Positions 9,815 to 19,976 of a stretch of 64,000 bases of DNA are shown here, in pieces (the first letter of the stretch is position 1; the number at the start of each line of letters is the position of its first letter). Source of the DNA: an uncultured Pseudomonadota bacterium (GTDB lineage: Bacteria; Pseudomonadota; Gammaproteobacteria; Burkholderiales; SG8-39); assembly GCA_937907425.1 (NCBI GenBank), contig CALCIE010000065.1, positions 6,191 through 70,190 on the forward strand, given 5' to 3'. The notes below the pieces were generated by a model. That model had not been told where the DNA came from and did no database searches. It saw only the letters and a program-made list of their open reading frames with translations. Made by a program: the position numbers and the translations under genes.

Positions 9815-11536
9815 CTATGCATTGAAGAACTCGTCCGCCACGCCGGGGTCGCCGCGTTTCACGCCCACCAGGCGCGGCTGGTTCAAAGGCCGCGGCTTGA
9901 TGACTTTCTCGGCGCGCAGATAGCGTTCCACGACCTCCCAGACCGGCTCGCCTTGCGCGCCGGGTGCCACCGGCGCCCAGCCGGCGACCTTGTAGGTCTT
10001 GCCGGCCTCGATGGGCTTGCCGTTCAGACGCATGTCGCCGATGCGCTCGCCGAACTTCGCGTGCGGATTGCAGCTGTACGTGAGCCCGCCCACGCGCACC
10101 ATGTCCCCGCCCTGCTGGCGGTAGGGATCGGGGTTGAACAGGTTGTCGCACACGTCTTCCAGCACGGTCTTGATCATCTCGCCTTTCATCATCGTCACCG
10201 TGGTGTACGGATAGGTGATGGCGGTCTGATCCATGAGCCGCTCGCGGGTGATCGGCTGTCCCGGCAGCACGGTCGTCCCCCAGCGGAAGCCGGGCGAGAA
10301 CGCGATCTCGGCGTCCTTCTCCTTCATCAGCGCGTCGAGGATGAGCTGGTCGAAGCTGCCGTTGAAGTTGCCGCGCCGGTAGAGCAGATCCTCGCTCACC
10401 GCAAGCACTTCCTCGAGCCTGGCTTTGTAAGGTGCGCGCACCTGTTCGATGTAGCGCTGCATCGCCTCATCCGCCGGCAGCAGATCGGCGAACACCGGCA
10501 GCAGACGGTAGCGGTAATCCGTGATACGGCCGTCTTTCACCTCCAGATCGAGCAGGCCGAGGAACTTGCCGTTCGAGCCGGCGTTGGTGACCAGCGTCCG
10601 CCCGCCGGCGTTTTTCACCACGACAGGCTGCGGCATGCCGTCGTGGGTGTGGCCGCCGAGAATGGCATCGATACCACGCACGCGGCCCGCCAGTTTGAGG
10701 TCCACGTCCATGCCGTTGTGCGAGAGCACGACCACGACCTGCGCACCCTTGGCGCGCGCCTCGTCCACATAGGCCTGCAGGCGCTCCTCCTGGATGCCGA
10801 ACTGCCATTCCTCGACGTAGTAGCGCGGATTGGCGATGGGCGTGTAGGGGAAAGCCTGGCCGATGATCGCGACCTGCACGCCGTTGATCTCGCGGATCAC
10901 GTAGGGCTCGAACACCTCTTCGTCGAAATCGAAGGTGCGGATGTTCTGCGCGACGAAATCGACCTTGCCGGCGAAATCCTTCTGCACCACTTCCTTGACC
11001 CGCTCGGCGCCGTAGGTGAATTCCCAGTGGCCGGTCATCACATCCACGCCCAGGAGCTTGACGGCGTCGACCATATCCTGCCCCCGGGTCCACAGCGCCG
11101 TGGCCGAGCCCTGCCAGGTGTCGCCGCCGTCGAGCAGCAGCGCGCCGGGACGCGAGGCCTTGAGGCGTTTCACCAGCGTGGCGAGGTGCGCATAGCCGCC
11201 TACGCGGCCGTAGCGCTGCGCCGCCTCGACGAAATCGAGATAGGTGAAGGCGTGCGCTTCGCGCGTGCCGGGGGCGATCCCGAAAGCCTTGAGCAGCGCT
11301 TCGCCGACGATATGCGGCGGCCGCCCCGCCGCCTCGGCGACGCCGATGTTGACGCTGGGTTCGCGGAAATAGACCGGCAACAGTTGCGCATGGGTATCGG
11401 TGATGTGAAGCAGGCTCACGTTGCCGAAGCGCGGCACGTCGTAGAACGCCGCGCCGTCGGTTTTCGCAAAGGCGTCGAGCTTGAAGCCGCACGCGGCCGC
11501 GGCGGCAAGCACGTGCAGGAATTCGCGTCGTTGCAT
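9815..11536 (-). CDS. soxB: Thiosulfohydrolase SoxB
   Basis: 573 aa with a Tat motif (MQRREFLHVLAAAAA). The metallophosphoesterase/5'-nucleotidase fold carries the SoxB-typical stretch FGNVSLLHITDTHAQLLPVYFREPSVNIGV. Confidence 0.85.
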   Translation of the reverse strand: MQRREFLHVLAAAAACGFKLDAFAKTDGAAFYDVPRFGNVSLLHITDTHAQLLPVYFREPSVNIGVAEAAGRPPHIVGEALLKAFGIAPGTREAHAFTYLDFVEAAQRYGRVGGYAHLATLVKRLKASRPGALLLDGGDTWQGSATALWTRGQDMVDAVKLLGVDVMTGHWEFTYGAERVKEVVQKDFAGKVDFVAQNIRTFDFDEEVFEPYVIREINGVQVAIIGQAFPYTPIANPRYYVEEWQFGIQEERLQAYVDEARAKGAQVVVVLSHNGMDVDLKLAGRVRGIDAILGGHTHDGMPQPVVVKNAGGRTLVTNAGSNGKFLGLLDLEVKDGRITDYRYRLLPVFADLLPADEAMQRYIEQVRAPYKARLEEVLAVSEDLLYRRGNFNGSFDQLILDALMKEKDAEIAFSPGFRWGTTVLPGQPITRERLMDQTAITYPYTTVTMMKGEMIKTVLEDVCDNLFNPDPYRQQGGDMVRVGGLTYSCNPHAKFGERIGDMRLNGKPIEAGKTYKVAGWAPVAPGAQGEPVWEVVERYLRAEKVIKPRPLNQPRLVGVKRGDPGVADEFFNA

Positions 11537-11575
11537 AGGCGCACTCGATCAGTTGGAATCGCGGCCTCTACTCTA

Positions 11576-12766
11576 CTACGCCGCGCCTGCCCGCATGCGT
11601 GTGGCGCGATAGCACGAGACGCTGAGCAGGAACGCGCCCGCCATGCCGGCCGCGAGCCTCAGGCCGCTGCCGAAGAACAGCGGCGCGATGGCGGCAGTCG
11701 CGCCGAACACCGCCGTCTGCACGAAGGACAGCAGCGACGAGGCCAGCCCGCGCAAGGCGGGGAACAGATCCACGATGCGCAGCGTGAGACTCGGCATGAG
11801 GAGCGACAACCCGAAGTTGTAGAGCATGAGCGGCAGCACCATCCACGGCAAGGCCGGCGGCAGCAGCGCGTTGTAGAGCAGATTCGCCGCCACCGCCGCA
11901 GCCATGAACAGGTAGCCGTTGCGGATCATGCGCCCGGGCACGACGCGATGCGCGTTGCGCGAGGCCACCCATGCGCCGGTGATCATGCCCGTCACCATCG
12001 GCACGAACAGCCAGCCGAAAGCCGTCTCCGGCAGGCCGAGCAGCGTCATGACGAAATACGGCGCCGAAGCGATGTACAGACCGAAACCGGCAAAGCCGGT
12101 GCCGATCGCGAGCGCCATCAGCAGGAAACGCCCGCTGCGCAGCACGCGGCAGTAATTGCCGGCGATAGTGCGCAGATGCAGAGGCTGGCGCGCTTCCGGC
12201 GGCAGGGATTCGGGCAGTCCCAGATAGGACGACAGCCACAGCAGCAGCCCGAACGCGCTCAGAAAGGCGAACACCGACGGCCAGTCGAACACGCGCTGCA
12301 GCCAGCCGCCGATGATCGGAGCGATCGCCGGCGCGAGGCCGAACACCATGGTGATCTGGGCCATGGCGCGTTGCGCGTCCGCGCCGGCGAGCAGGTCGCG
12401 CACGATGGCCCTTCCGATCACCACTCCCGCCCCGGCCGACATGCCCTGCAGCGCGCGGCAGACCAGCAGCCAATGCAGATTGGGCGACCATACTGCCGCG
12501 AGCGAGGCGCCGATGTACACCGCGAGCGCGATCAGCACGATGCGCCTGCGGCCGAAGGTGTCGGACAAGGTGCCGTGGAACAGCATCATGGTCGAGAAAG
12601 CGAGCAGATAGACGCTCAGGGTCTGCTGGACCAGCACCTCGTCCACCCGCAGCGAAACCGCGATGGCGTGAAAAGACGGCAGATAGGTGTCGATGGAAAA
12701 AGGACCCAGCATCGCCAGGCCGGCGAGCAACAGGGTGAGACGGTGGGAGGCGACGTTGTTCTTCAT
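11576..12766 (-). CDS. MFS transporter, Bcr/CflA-type drug efflux family
   Basis: 396 aa with 12 predicted TM segments. The N-terminus LLLAGLAMLGPFSIDTYLPSFHAIA is characteristic of the family. Confidence 0.8.
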   Translation of the reverse strand: MKNNVASHRLTLLLAGLAMLGPFSIDTYLPSFHAIAVSLRVDEVLVQQTLSVYLLAFSTMMLFHGTLSDTFGRRRIVLIALAVYIGASLAAVWSPNLHWLLVCRALQGMSAGAGVVIGRAIVRDLLAGADAQRAMAQITMVFGLAPAIAPIIGGWLQRVFDWPSVFAFLSAFGLLLWLSSYLGLPESLPPEARQPLHLRTIAGNYCRVLRSGRFLLMALAIGTGFAGFGLYIASAPYFVMTLLGLPETAFGWLFVPMVTGMITGAWVASRNAHRVVPGRMIRNGYLFMAAAVAANLLYNALLPPALPWMVLPLMLYNFGLSLLMPSLTLRIVDLFPALRGLASSLLSFVQTAVFGATAAIAPLFFGSGLRLAAGMAGAFLLSVSCYRATRMRAGAA

Positions 12767-12910
12767 CGGCTGTGCAGGCGTGTGCGTGGATGCCGGTGCG
12801 CCCTTCGGGAAAGATGGGATCGACGATACCGCGAAGCAGCCTGCCGCGCCGATTCTACGCCCCGGCGCCGTCCGCCGTCCTTGACGGCAGGTGTTGCTTA
12901 CGAAGCCGCG

Positions 12911-13339
12911 CTAGGTTGCCGGGAGCATGCCGCGCACCCAGTGCACGATGCGGCCCGCGTCCATCGCGCCGGACTGACGCGCGATTTCGCGGCCGTTGCG
13001 GAACAGGATGAGCGTGGGAATGGAACGGACGCCGTAGCGCGCGGCGATGTCGGGTGCCGCTTCGGTGTCCAGCTTGGCGAGCCGCACGAAGGGCTCCAGC
13101 TCGGGCGCAGCACGCTCGTAGTGCGGCGCCATCATCCTGCAAGGGCCGCACCACGCCGCCCAGAAATCGACCACCACCGGCAGGTCCGCGCCGACGTGGC
13201 GGTCGAAATGCGCCGCGTCGAGTGCCAGCGGCCTGCCCTCGAACAGGCGCCCCTTGCAGCGGCCGCAATGCGGCGCTTCCCGCAGCCGCTCCGGCGGCAC
13301 GCGATTGGTGGTATGGCAATGCGGACAGACAACATGCAT
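12911..13339 (-). CDS. trxC: Thioredoxin 2 (TrxC) with N-terminal zinc finger
   Basis: CPHC...CGRC zinc finger followed by the WCGPC active site. Confidence 0.9.
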   Translation of the reverse strand: MHVVCPHCHTTNRVPPERLREAPHCGRCKGRLFEGRPLALDAAHFDRHVGADLPVVVDFWAAWCGPCRMMAPHYERAAPELEPFVRLAKLDTEAAPDIAARYGVRSIPTLILFRNGREIARQSGAMDAGRIVHWVRGMLPAT

Positions 13340-13343
13340 CGTT

Positions 13344-14303
13344 TCAGGCCAGCATCACGCGACCGCGGCCCGCCTGCTTGGCGCCGTAGAGCGCGCGGTC
13401 GGCTTTCTCGATCAATTGTTGCGGCGTCGCCTCGCCGGCGAACTGCGCGATGCCGGCCGTACCGGTGACGGGCGGCAGTCCGCCCTCGCGGTCGTGCCGC
13501 ATCGCCGCCAGATCGGCCAGGCAGCGGGAGATCGCCTCGCGCGCGTTCTCGCCGGTGGCACCGGGCAGGACCGCGCAGAATTCGTCGCCGCCCAGGCGAC
13601 CGACGAGATCGTGCGCGCGCAGCGACAAGGTGAGGATGTCGGCGAAACGTTTCAACACCCTGTCGCCTGTGAGATGGCCGTGCCGGTCGTTGATTGCCTT
13701 GAAATGATCGAGGTCGAGCACGACGAAGGCGAGCGGTTCGTCCGAGCGCCGCGCACGCTCGAATTCCTCGGCGAGACGGCGCTCGATATAGCGCCGGTTG
13801 TAGACACCGGTGAGCGGATCGCGGGTGGCCTGCCGCTCAAGTTCGAATTCCAGATGCTTGTGCGAAGTGATGTCGGAGAAGGAGCACAGCACCGCCGCCA
13901 CCTTGCCGCTATCCATGTCGAACACGGCGCGCGCATTGACGTTCAGCCAGCGCGTCACGCCGTCGGGGCCGCTTACCTGCATCTCGACGCCCGTGCGCGG
14001 TCGTCCGTCGAGCAGCGTTTCCGTGGCGGGATGGCGACCCGGCACACGGGCCTGAGAATCGGCGCCCCACAGCCAGCGTGCGATGGCTTCGGGTTCGCCC
14101 ACCAGTCGCCGGGCTGCGCTGTTGAAGGTGCCGAGCTGGCCATGCTCGTCCAGGATGACCACGCCCTCTTCCATCGCTTCCACCAGCACGAAGTGGCGCT
14201 GTTCCATCCAGCGCAACGCCGCGCGGGCGCGGCCGAGCTCTTCCAACGCGATCTTCAACTCTTCGCGATAAGCCGGCTGGCTGTCCAGAGATTGCGTGCC
14301 CAT
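13344..14303 (-). CDS. PAS-domain diguanylate cyclase (GGDEF)
   Basis: PAS-like N-terminal half. The GGDEF motif is present as RLGGDEF, and the upstream RxxD I-site region is recognisable. Confidence 0.85.
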   Translation of the reverse strand: MGTQSLDSQPAYREELKIALEELGRARAALRWMEQRHFVLVEAMEEGVVILDEHGQLGTFNSAARRLVGEPEAIARWLWGADSQARVPGRHPATETLLDGRPRTGVEMQVSGPDGVTRWLNVNARAVFDMDSGKVAAVLCSFSDITSHKHLEFELERQATRDPLTGVYNRRYIERRLAEEFERARRSDEPLAFVVLDLDHFKAINDRHGHLTGDRVLKRFADILTLSLRAHDLVGRLGGDEFCAVLPGATGENAREAISRCLADLAAMRHDREGGLPPVTGTAGIAQFAGEATPQQLIEKADRALYGAKQAGRGRVMLA

Positions 14304-14449
14304 GGAAAGACTCCTCCTTGTCGCGCTGGCGCTCGGTCAGGCAAGCACCGCGCCCGGCGACCGCCCATCGGCGGTATGGTGCGAGAGTTTCCGCCGAACG
14401 GTATTTCCCGCACACTGACCGGACGGCGGGTCGCGCCCGCCACGACACC

Positions 14450-14923
14450 ATGAACGACGCCGACCGCGAAATCAAACGCCGTCAGCTCGCCCGGCTCGCC
14501 TGGCTGCTGGACAACTCCATCAAGCTCCCAGGGCTGGATTTCCGCATCGGGCTGGACGCCCTCGTCGGCCTGATCCCTGGATTAGGGGATGCCATCGGGG
14601 TCGTCCTCTCCGGCTATATCCTCCGCGAGGCCTGGCAACTGGGCGTACCGCGCAGCACCCTGCTCCGCATGGCCTTGAACGTACTGGTCGAAGGCGTGCT
14701 GGGCAGCGTGCCCCTGCTGGGCGATCTGTTCGACGCGGGCTGGAAAGCCAACCAGCGCAACGTGCGCCTGCTCGAAGCCCATCTCCACGATCCCGGACGG
14801 GCCGCACGCGCAAGCCGCGGCTTCCTGGCGCTGGTGCTGGGTGCGCTCGTGCTAACGGCGATCGGCGCCGCCCTCGCCCTTTACGGCTTAGTACGGAGCC
14901 TCATGGCGCTGGCGAGCGCCTGA
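14450..14923 (+). CDS. DUF4112 membrane protein
   Basis: LDALVGLIPGLGDAIGVVLSGYIL ... VPLLGDLFDAGWKANQRN matches my recollection of the DUF4112 signature. ATG 14450 lies inside ORF 14318-14923. Confidence 0.75.
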   Translation: MNDADREIKRRQLARLAWLLDNSIKLPGLDFRIGLDALVGLIPGLGDAIGVVLSGYILREAWQLGVPRSTLLRMALNVLVEGVLGSVPLLGDLFDAGWKANQRNVRLLEAHLHDPGRAARASRGFLALVLGALVLTAIGAALALYGLVRSLMALASA

Positions 14924-15190
14924 CTACCGCGCCGTGCCGGAGGAATCGCGCGCGGCGCCCGCCGGGAGATTGGCCGGCGGCGTGGGATCGAGCTGTTGCT
15001 GCGTCGGCACCTCGTCCCTGATGTTCGACTGCGCTTTGTTGCCCGCAGAATCGCCGGCCGCACCGGGCGGCGTCTGCTGGGGCGTACTGCCGATGCGGGT
15101 TTCCGGCTGCGGCGGTGCTGCCTCCTGCCCGCATGACGTCAGCCCGAGGCTGAGCAGCAGCACGGCGGAGACGCGGATCGTCGGACTCAT
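14924..15190 (-). CDS. Small lipoprotein (88 aa), Pro/Gln-rich
   Basis: MSPTIRVSAVLLLSLGLTSCGQE contains a lipobox (LTSC). ATG at 15190 lies inside the longer ORF 14924-15394. Confidence 0.55.
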   Translation of the reverse strand: MSPTIRVSAVLLLSLGLTSCGQEAAPPQPETRIGSTPQQTPPGAAGDSAGNKAQSNIRDEVPTQQQLDPTPPANLPAGAARDSSGTAR

Positions 15191-15504
15191 AAAAAGCTCC
15201 TTGCTGGAGGCGGCGACGCCGCCCTCGGAAATGCGGTGCAACACGCGGTCCCGCCATGCCGCATGGCGCAACGGCGGCGGGGGAACTTCCACCGGCCGGC
15301 CGCGTCTCTCTAGAGGCTCGGTCGAGAACGTCGACGGCAATTGACCTGCATCACAAGCAGGTGATGACGAGCGCGCAAAATGGCACCCGGGCAAGTGCGC
15401 AGACGCTTTCCTTTTATGGCCGAATCGAATTTAATAATGCCTCACCGATCGCCCGGCCGCGTGCCTCCGCAGAGCGGCTTGGTGCCCACAGGAGTCAATT
15501 GAGC

Positions 15505-15756
15505 ATGGCTATCACGAATCCAGGCTGGACCGACGAAGCGGACGAACTCTTCGATCTCGAACACCTGGCAAGCAACCGCGTCGATGAGGAAACCGGGATG
15601 ATCCTCGGTCACCCGGCGGTGTACCGGCAGTTGCTCTCGGTGGACGAGAAGCTGTACCAGCCCGTGGATACACTCGAAGCGACGGCCTACGAGAATCTGT
15701 CGCTCGCAGAAGTGCTGGACGACACCGATTCCGGTGTAGATCGCTGGGATTACTGA
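15505..15756 (+). CDS. Very acidic 83-aa hypothetical protein
   Basis: ATG 15505 lies 10 nt after GGAG. About 20 Asp/Glu versus about 4 basic residues. No family recognised. Confidence 0.5.
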   Translation: MAITNPGWTDEADELFDLEHLASNRVDEETGMILGHPAVYRQLLSVDEKLYQPVDTLEATAYENLSLAEVLDDTDSGVDRWDY

Positions 15757-15890
15757 GCGCTTTCCCCGCAACAACCGTCCGGCGACGATCGCCGCCGGAG
15801 CGTTACATCATTCCCATGTCGGGTTAGACTTGGGCCGCGTCCCGACCACGCGCTGCCGCAACGGTCGGCGCGTACCTGGAAAAACATCCC

Positions 15891-16661
15891 ATGGCGGAAC
15901 AAAAATGGCCGGACATCCTCTGGCTGGTCCGACACGGCCAGAGCGCGGGTAACGTCGCACGCGACGCCGCAGAAGCGGCCGACCGGCCTCTCATAGACAT
16001 CGCCGAGCGCGACATGGATGTCCCGCTCTCCGAGCTCGGCCGCCGCCAGGCCGCCGCGCTCGGCCGCTGGTTCGGCCAGATGCCGCCCGAGAAACAACCC
16101 ACCGTGGTGCTCTGCTCGCCCTACGTGCGGGCACGCCAGACCGCACAATACATCCTCGAGGCGGCCGGCATCGGTCCCAACGACCTCATCTTCCACGTCG
16201 ACGAGCGGCTGCGCGAGAAGGAATTCGGCATCATGGACCGGCTCACGCTCTCGGGCATCAAACTGAAGTACCCGGAGCTCTACGAGCAGCGCATGCATGT
16301 CGGCAAGTTCTATTTCCGTCCGCCGGGCGGCGAGAGCTGGTGCGACGTCATCCTGCGCCTGCGCAGCGTGCTCGACACGCTGACGCGCGGCTACCGCGGC
16401 GAGCGGGTGCTGATCATCGCGCACCAGGTCATCGTCACCTGCTTCCGCTACCTGTTCGAGCGCATGGACGAGCAGCGCGTGCTCGAAATCGACCGCAACA
16501 GCGACGTGCCGAACTGCGGCGTGACCTCCTACGAGTTCGATCCCCACGTCGGCCGCAAGGGCAAGCTCGTGCCCAAGCTGATCAACTTCGTCGTGCCCTT
16601 GCAGGAAGCGGGCGCCACAGTCACCACCGAACGCGACATTCCCGCCGCGCCCAAGTCCTGA
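15891..16661 (+). CDS. Histidine phosphatase (phosphoglycerate mutase) family protein
   Basis: The N-terminal catalytic RHG motif is present (LWLVRHGQSAGN). Confidence 0.8.
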   Translation: MAEQKWPDILWLVRHGQSAGNVARDAAEAADRPLIDIAERDMDVPLSELGRRQAAALGRWFGQMPPEKQPTVVLCSPYVRARQTAQYILEAAGIGPNDLIFHVDERLREKEFGIMDRLTLSGIKLKYPELYEQRMHVGKFYFRPPGGESWCDVILRLRSVLDTLTRGYRGERVLIIAHQVIVTCFRYLFERMDEQRVLEIDRNSDVPNCGVTSYEFDPHVGRKGKLVPKLINFVVPLQEAGATVTTERDIPAAPKS

Positions 16662-16714
16662 ACGGGCCGGGTGATTGCAGCGGGCGGAAGGTCTCCGTCC
16701 TTTCCCCTCGCTCG

Positions 16715-17986
16715 ATGAGCGCATCCTGCATTCCCCACGTCGTCATCGTGGGCGGCGGTTTCGCCGGCCTGTGGGCCGCACGCGAGCTCGCCACGACCAC
16801 GGCCCGCGTCACGCTCGTCGACCGCCGTAATCACCACCTCTTCCAGCCCCTGCTCTACCAGGTTGCGACGGCAGGTCTTTCGGCGCCGGCCATCGCCACA
16901 CCGCTGCGTCATCTCTTCCAGCGCCAGACCAACATCACCGTCGTGCTCGGCGACGTCGAAGCGGTTGAAGCCGCGAACCGGCGATTGCGCTTCCGCGATG
17001 GACGCACCATGCAGTTCGACTACCTGGTGCTCGCCACCGGCGCCACGCACGCCTATTTCGGTCACGAGGACTGGGCGCAGGTCGCGCCGGGATTGAAAAC
17101 GCTGGAAGACGCGCTCGGTATCCGCCGTCGCCTGCTGCTCGCTTTCGAGCGCGCCGAAGCCGAGGCCGATCCCGAACGCAGACGCGAATGGCTAAGCTTC
17201 GTGATTGTCGGCGGCGGACCGACGGGCGTGGAACTCGCCGGCACGCTGGCCGAAATCGCCCGCCACACTTTGCGCTACGACTTCCGTCGCATCGATCCCG
17301 CCAGCGCGCGTGTGCGCCTGGTGGAAGCCGGTCCCCGCGTGCTCGGCTCGTTCCCCGAAGCGCTGTCGCGCAAGGCCGAAGCGCAGTTGCACAAACTGGG
17401 CGTGGAAGTGCTGACCGGCGCGCCGGTGGCGGCGATCGATCGCGAAGGCGTGCAGATCGGGAAACGTTACATCCGCGCCCGCACCGTACTGTGGGCCGCG
17501 GGCGTGGCGGCCTCGCCGCTCGCGCGCACCCTTGGCGTGCCGCTCGACAAGGCGGGACGCGTGATCGTAGGCGGCGATCTGCGCGTGCCCGCCCATCCGC
17601 GCATCTTCGTCGCCGGCGATCTCGCCGCCCTCGAGCAGGACGGCAAGCCGGTGCCGGGGCTTGCGCCCGCAGCCAAACAGATGGGCATCTATGCGGGCCG
17701 GGCCATCAAAGCCGAGCTCAAGGGTATGCGCATCGGGCCGTTCCGCTACCGCCATGCCGGTTCGCTCGCCACCATCGGCCGCAAGGCCGCGGTCGCCGAT
17801 CTCGGCCGGTTCAAGCTGTCCGGACTGCCGGCGTGGTGGTTCTGGCTGCTGGTGCACATCTACTTCCTGATCGGTTTCCGCAACCGGTTGATGGTGCTCG
17901 CCGACTGGGCTTGGTCGTATTGGACTTACCAGCGCTCTGCCCGCATCATTTTCGAACTGCCGGACGACACCCGTCCCTTCGAATAG
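16715..17986 (+). CDS. ndh: Type II NADH dehydrogenase (NDH-2) family FAD oxidoreductase
   Basis: VVIVGGGFAGL dinucleotide fold, the motif HHLFQPLLYQVATAGL and a second GGGPTGVE fold. Confidence 0.85.
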   Translation: MSASCIPHVVIVGGGFAGLWAARELATTTARVTLVDRRNHHLFQPLLYQVATAGLSAPAIATPLRHLFQRQTNITVVLGDVEAVEAANRRLRFRDGRTMQFDYLVLATGATHAYFGHEDWAQVAPGLKTLEDALGIRRRLLLAFERAEAEADPERRREWLSFVIVGGGPTGVELAGTLAEIARHTLRYDFRRIDPASARVRLVEAGPRVLGSFPEALSRKAEAQLHKLGVEVLTGAPVAAIDREGVQIGKRYIRARTVLWAAGVAASPLARTLGVPLDKAGRVIVGGDLRVPAHPRIFVAGDLAALEQDGKPVPGLAPAAKQMGIYAGRAIKAELKGMRIGPFRYRHAGSLATIGRKAAVADLGRFKLSGLPAWWFWLLVHIYFLIGFRNRLMVLADWAWSYWTYQRSARIIFELPDDTRPFE

Positions 17987-17989
17987 GGC

Positions 17990-19873
17990 ATGATCGATTT
18001 CGTTCTGCTGCTGCTCTTCGTCGCCTACGCGGTCGCGAGCGGCCTCCATGCGCGGAAGCAAGCCTCGCGCAACGCCGAGGAATACTTTCTCGCCGGACGC
18101 AGCCTGCGCGGCTGGCAGGCCGGCTGCAGCATGGCCGCGACGCAATTCGCCGCCGACACGCCGCTGCTCGTCACCGGCCTCATCGCCACCGGCGGCCTGT
18201 TCATGCTGTGGCGGTTGTGGATCTACGGGCTCGCTTTCCTCGCGATGGCGGCGATCTTCGCCGCGCTGTGGCACCGCTCGGGCGTGCTGACCGACGCGGC
18301 GCTCGCCGAACAGCGCTACAGCGGGCGCGGCGCGCTCGCGCTGCGCAGCATCAAGGCGCTCTACTTCGGCACGCTGGTGAACTGCATCGTGCTGGCGATG
18401 GTGCTCGCCGCCACGCTGCGCATCACCGAACAGTTCCTGCTCTGGCACGAATGGCTGCCAGGTTCCTGGTACGAAGCCTGGCGCACGGCGGCGGACGCGC
18501 TCGGCATGCGCTTCGTCAGCCCGGTGACGACGCTCGATCCTTCCATCGCAAGCGCGAACAATCTGCTCTCGCTGCTTGCGATCCTCGCGTTCACCGCGCT
18601 TTATTCGCTCACCGGCGGCCTGCGCAGCGTGGTGCGTACCGACGTCGTGCAACTGGCGGTGGCGCTGGCCGGCACTCTGGCCTATGCCGTCGTGCTCATC
18701 GTCCAAACCGGCGGCATCGGCGAAATGCTCGCGCGGCTGCACGACTTGTACGGCAGCGTGCGTGCATCTGCGCTGCTCTCGATGGCGCCGAGCGGCGCGG
18801 ACCGCGAAACGCTGCTCGCCTTCGGCGTGCTGATCGGACTGCAATGGTTCTATCAGATGAACAGCGACGGCACCGGCTATCTCGCGCAGCGCGCCATCGC
18901 CTGCCGCGACGAACGCGAGGCGCGTCTGGCGTGCCTCGGCTTCGCCTGGCTGCAGATCGTGCTGCGCAGCGCGATCTGGGTGCTGATCGGCGTCGCACTG
19001 CTCGTCGCTTTTCCCGCGACGCCCGCCGACGCGCAGAGCGCCAGCTTCGCCGCGACCCGCGAAAGCAGCTTCGTCACCGGCATCGACGTATTGTTGCCGC
19101 CCGGCGTGCGCGGCCTGATGCTGATCGCCATGCTTGCGGCGCTCACCTCCACCGTCGACACGCATCTCAACTGGGGCGCCGCGTACTGGAGCCATGATCT
19201 CTACGGCCGCCTGCTGTGCGAACGGTTGCTGGGTCGCACGCCCTCGCGTCGCGAAGAGGTACTGGTGGGCCGCATCGCCGGCGCGCTCATCCTCGTGCTG
19301 GCTTTAGTGCTCGCGGCACATCTGGATTCCATCGCCGAAGCCTGGTCGATCTCCCTGATCTTCGGCGCCGGCATCGGTCCGGCGCTCGTTGCGCGCTGGC
19401 TGTGGGAACGCGCCAACGTCTGGTGCGAACTGGTGGCGATGCTCGCGAGCCTCGTCGCCGCGCCGCTCGTGCTGTACGGCCTCGACGCCGACTGGCAACG
19501 CATGGCGGCCGTCGCATCGGTTTCCACGCTCGCGGTATGGCTCGCGGGCCGTTATGCGCCGCCGGAACGGCCCGACACGCTGGACGCCTTCTACCGCCGC
19601 GTCCATCCGCCCGGCTGGTGGGCAGCCGCGGCGGCGCGCTGCGGCGAATCGCCGCGGGCACCTTTGATCCGCCTGCGCCAGGATCTCGCCACGCTCGCGC
19701 TCGCCGCCGCGTCGCTGTTTCTCACGCTCTGGTCGCTGCTGCGGCTGCTGCTGCCGCCCGACCCCGGCGCAACCGGATGGCTGCCCGGTCTGCTCGGCCT
19801 GGCGCTCGCGTTCGCCCTCGTGCCGCTGTGGTGGCGGCCACTCGCCGCGGCACCGGGCACCGTCCGCGCGTGA
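17990..19873 (+). CDS. Sodium:solute symporter (SSS) family transporter
   Basis: 627 aa, polytopic. The N-terminus EEYFLAGRSLRGWQAGCSMAATQFAADTPL is typical of SSS proteins. It starts 4 nt after the ndh stop. Confidence 0.75.
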   Translation: MIDFVLLLLFVAYAVASGLHARKQASRNAEEYFLAGRSLRGWQAGCSMAATQFAADTPLLVTGLIATGGLFMLWRLWIYGLAFLAMAAIFAALWHRSGVLTDAALAEQRYSGRGALALRSIKALYFGTLVNCIVLAMVLAATLRITEQFLLWHEWLPGSWYEAWRTAADALGMRFVSPVTTLDPSIASANNLLSLLAILAFTALYSLTGGLRSVVRTDVVQLAVALAGTLAYAVVLIVQTGGIGEMLARLHDLYGSVRASALLSMAPSGADRETLLAFGVLIGLQWFYQMNSDGTGYLAQRAIACRDEREARLACLGFAWLQIVLRSAIWVLIGVALLVAFPATPADAQSASFAATRESSFVTGIDVLLPPGVRGLMLIAMLAALTSTVDTHLNWGAAYWSHDLYGRLLCERLLGRTPSRREEVLVGRIAGALILVLALVLAAHLDSIAEAWSISLIFGAGIGPALVARWLWERANVWCELVAMLASLVAAPLVLYGLDADWQRMAAVASVSTLAVWLAGRYAPPERPDTLDAFYRRVHPPGWWAAAAARCGESPRAPLIRLRQDLATLALAAASLFLTLWSLLRLLLPPDPGATGWLPGLLGLALAFALVPLWWRPLAAAPGTVRA

Positions 19874-19976
19874 CGCCCGCCCACGCATGCCGGAGCAAAC
19901 CATTGATCATTGGAAGCGAGCGGTCCGCACCTGCGGCTACAATGCCGCCCGAGGAGATGACAACGGGGAGAACGGC

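Noticed and set aside
9209-13468. 1419-aa ORF on the plus strand spanning soxB, the MFS gene and trxC
   Set aside because: It is antisense to three well-supported genes. Its composition is Arg/Ala/Gly/Pro-rich and low in complexity, as expected for shadow frames in high-GC DNA. No domain is recognisable.
15381-15398. TGGCAC sequence that could be the -24 element of a sigma54 promoter
   Set aside because: No GC dinucleotide falls at the required -12 spacing (TGGCAC-N5-TTGC), so it does not fit the consensus.
17192-19195. 667- to 669-aa ORFs in other frames over the ndh and SSS transporter genes
   Set aside because: These are alternative-frame and antisense artefacts. The annotated frames have clear family motifs and these do not.
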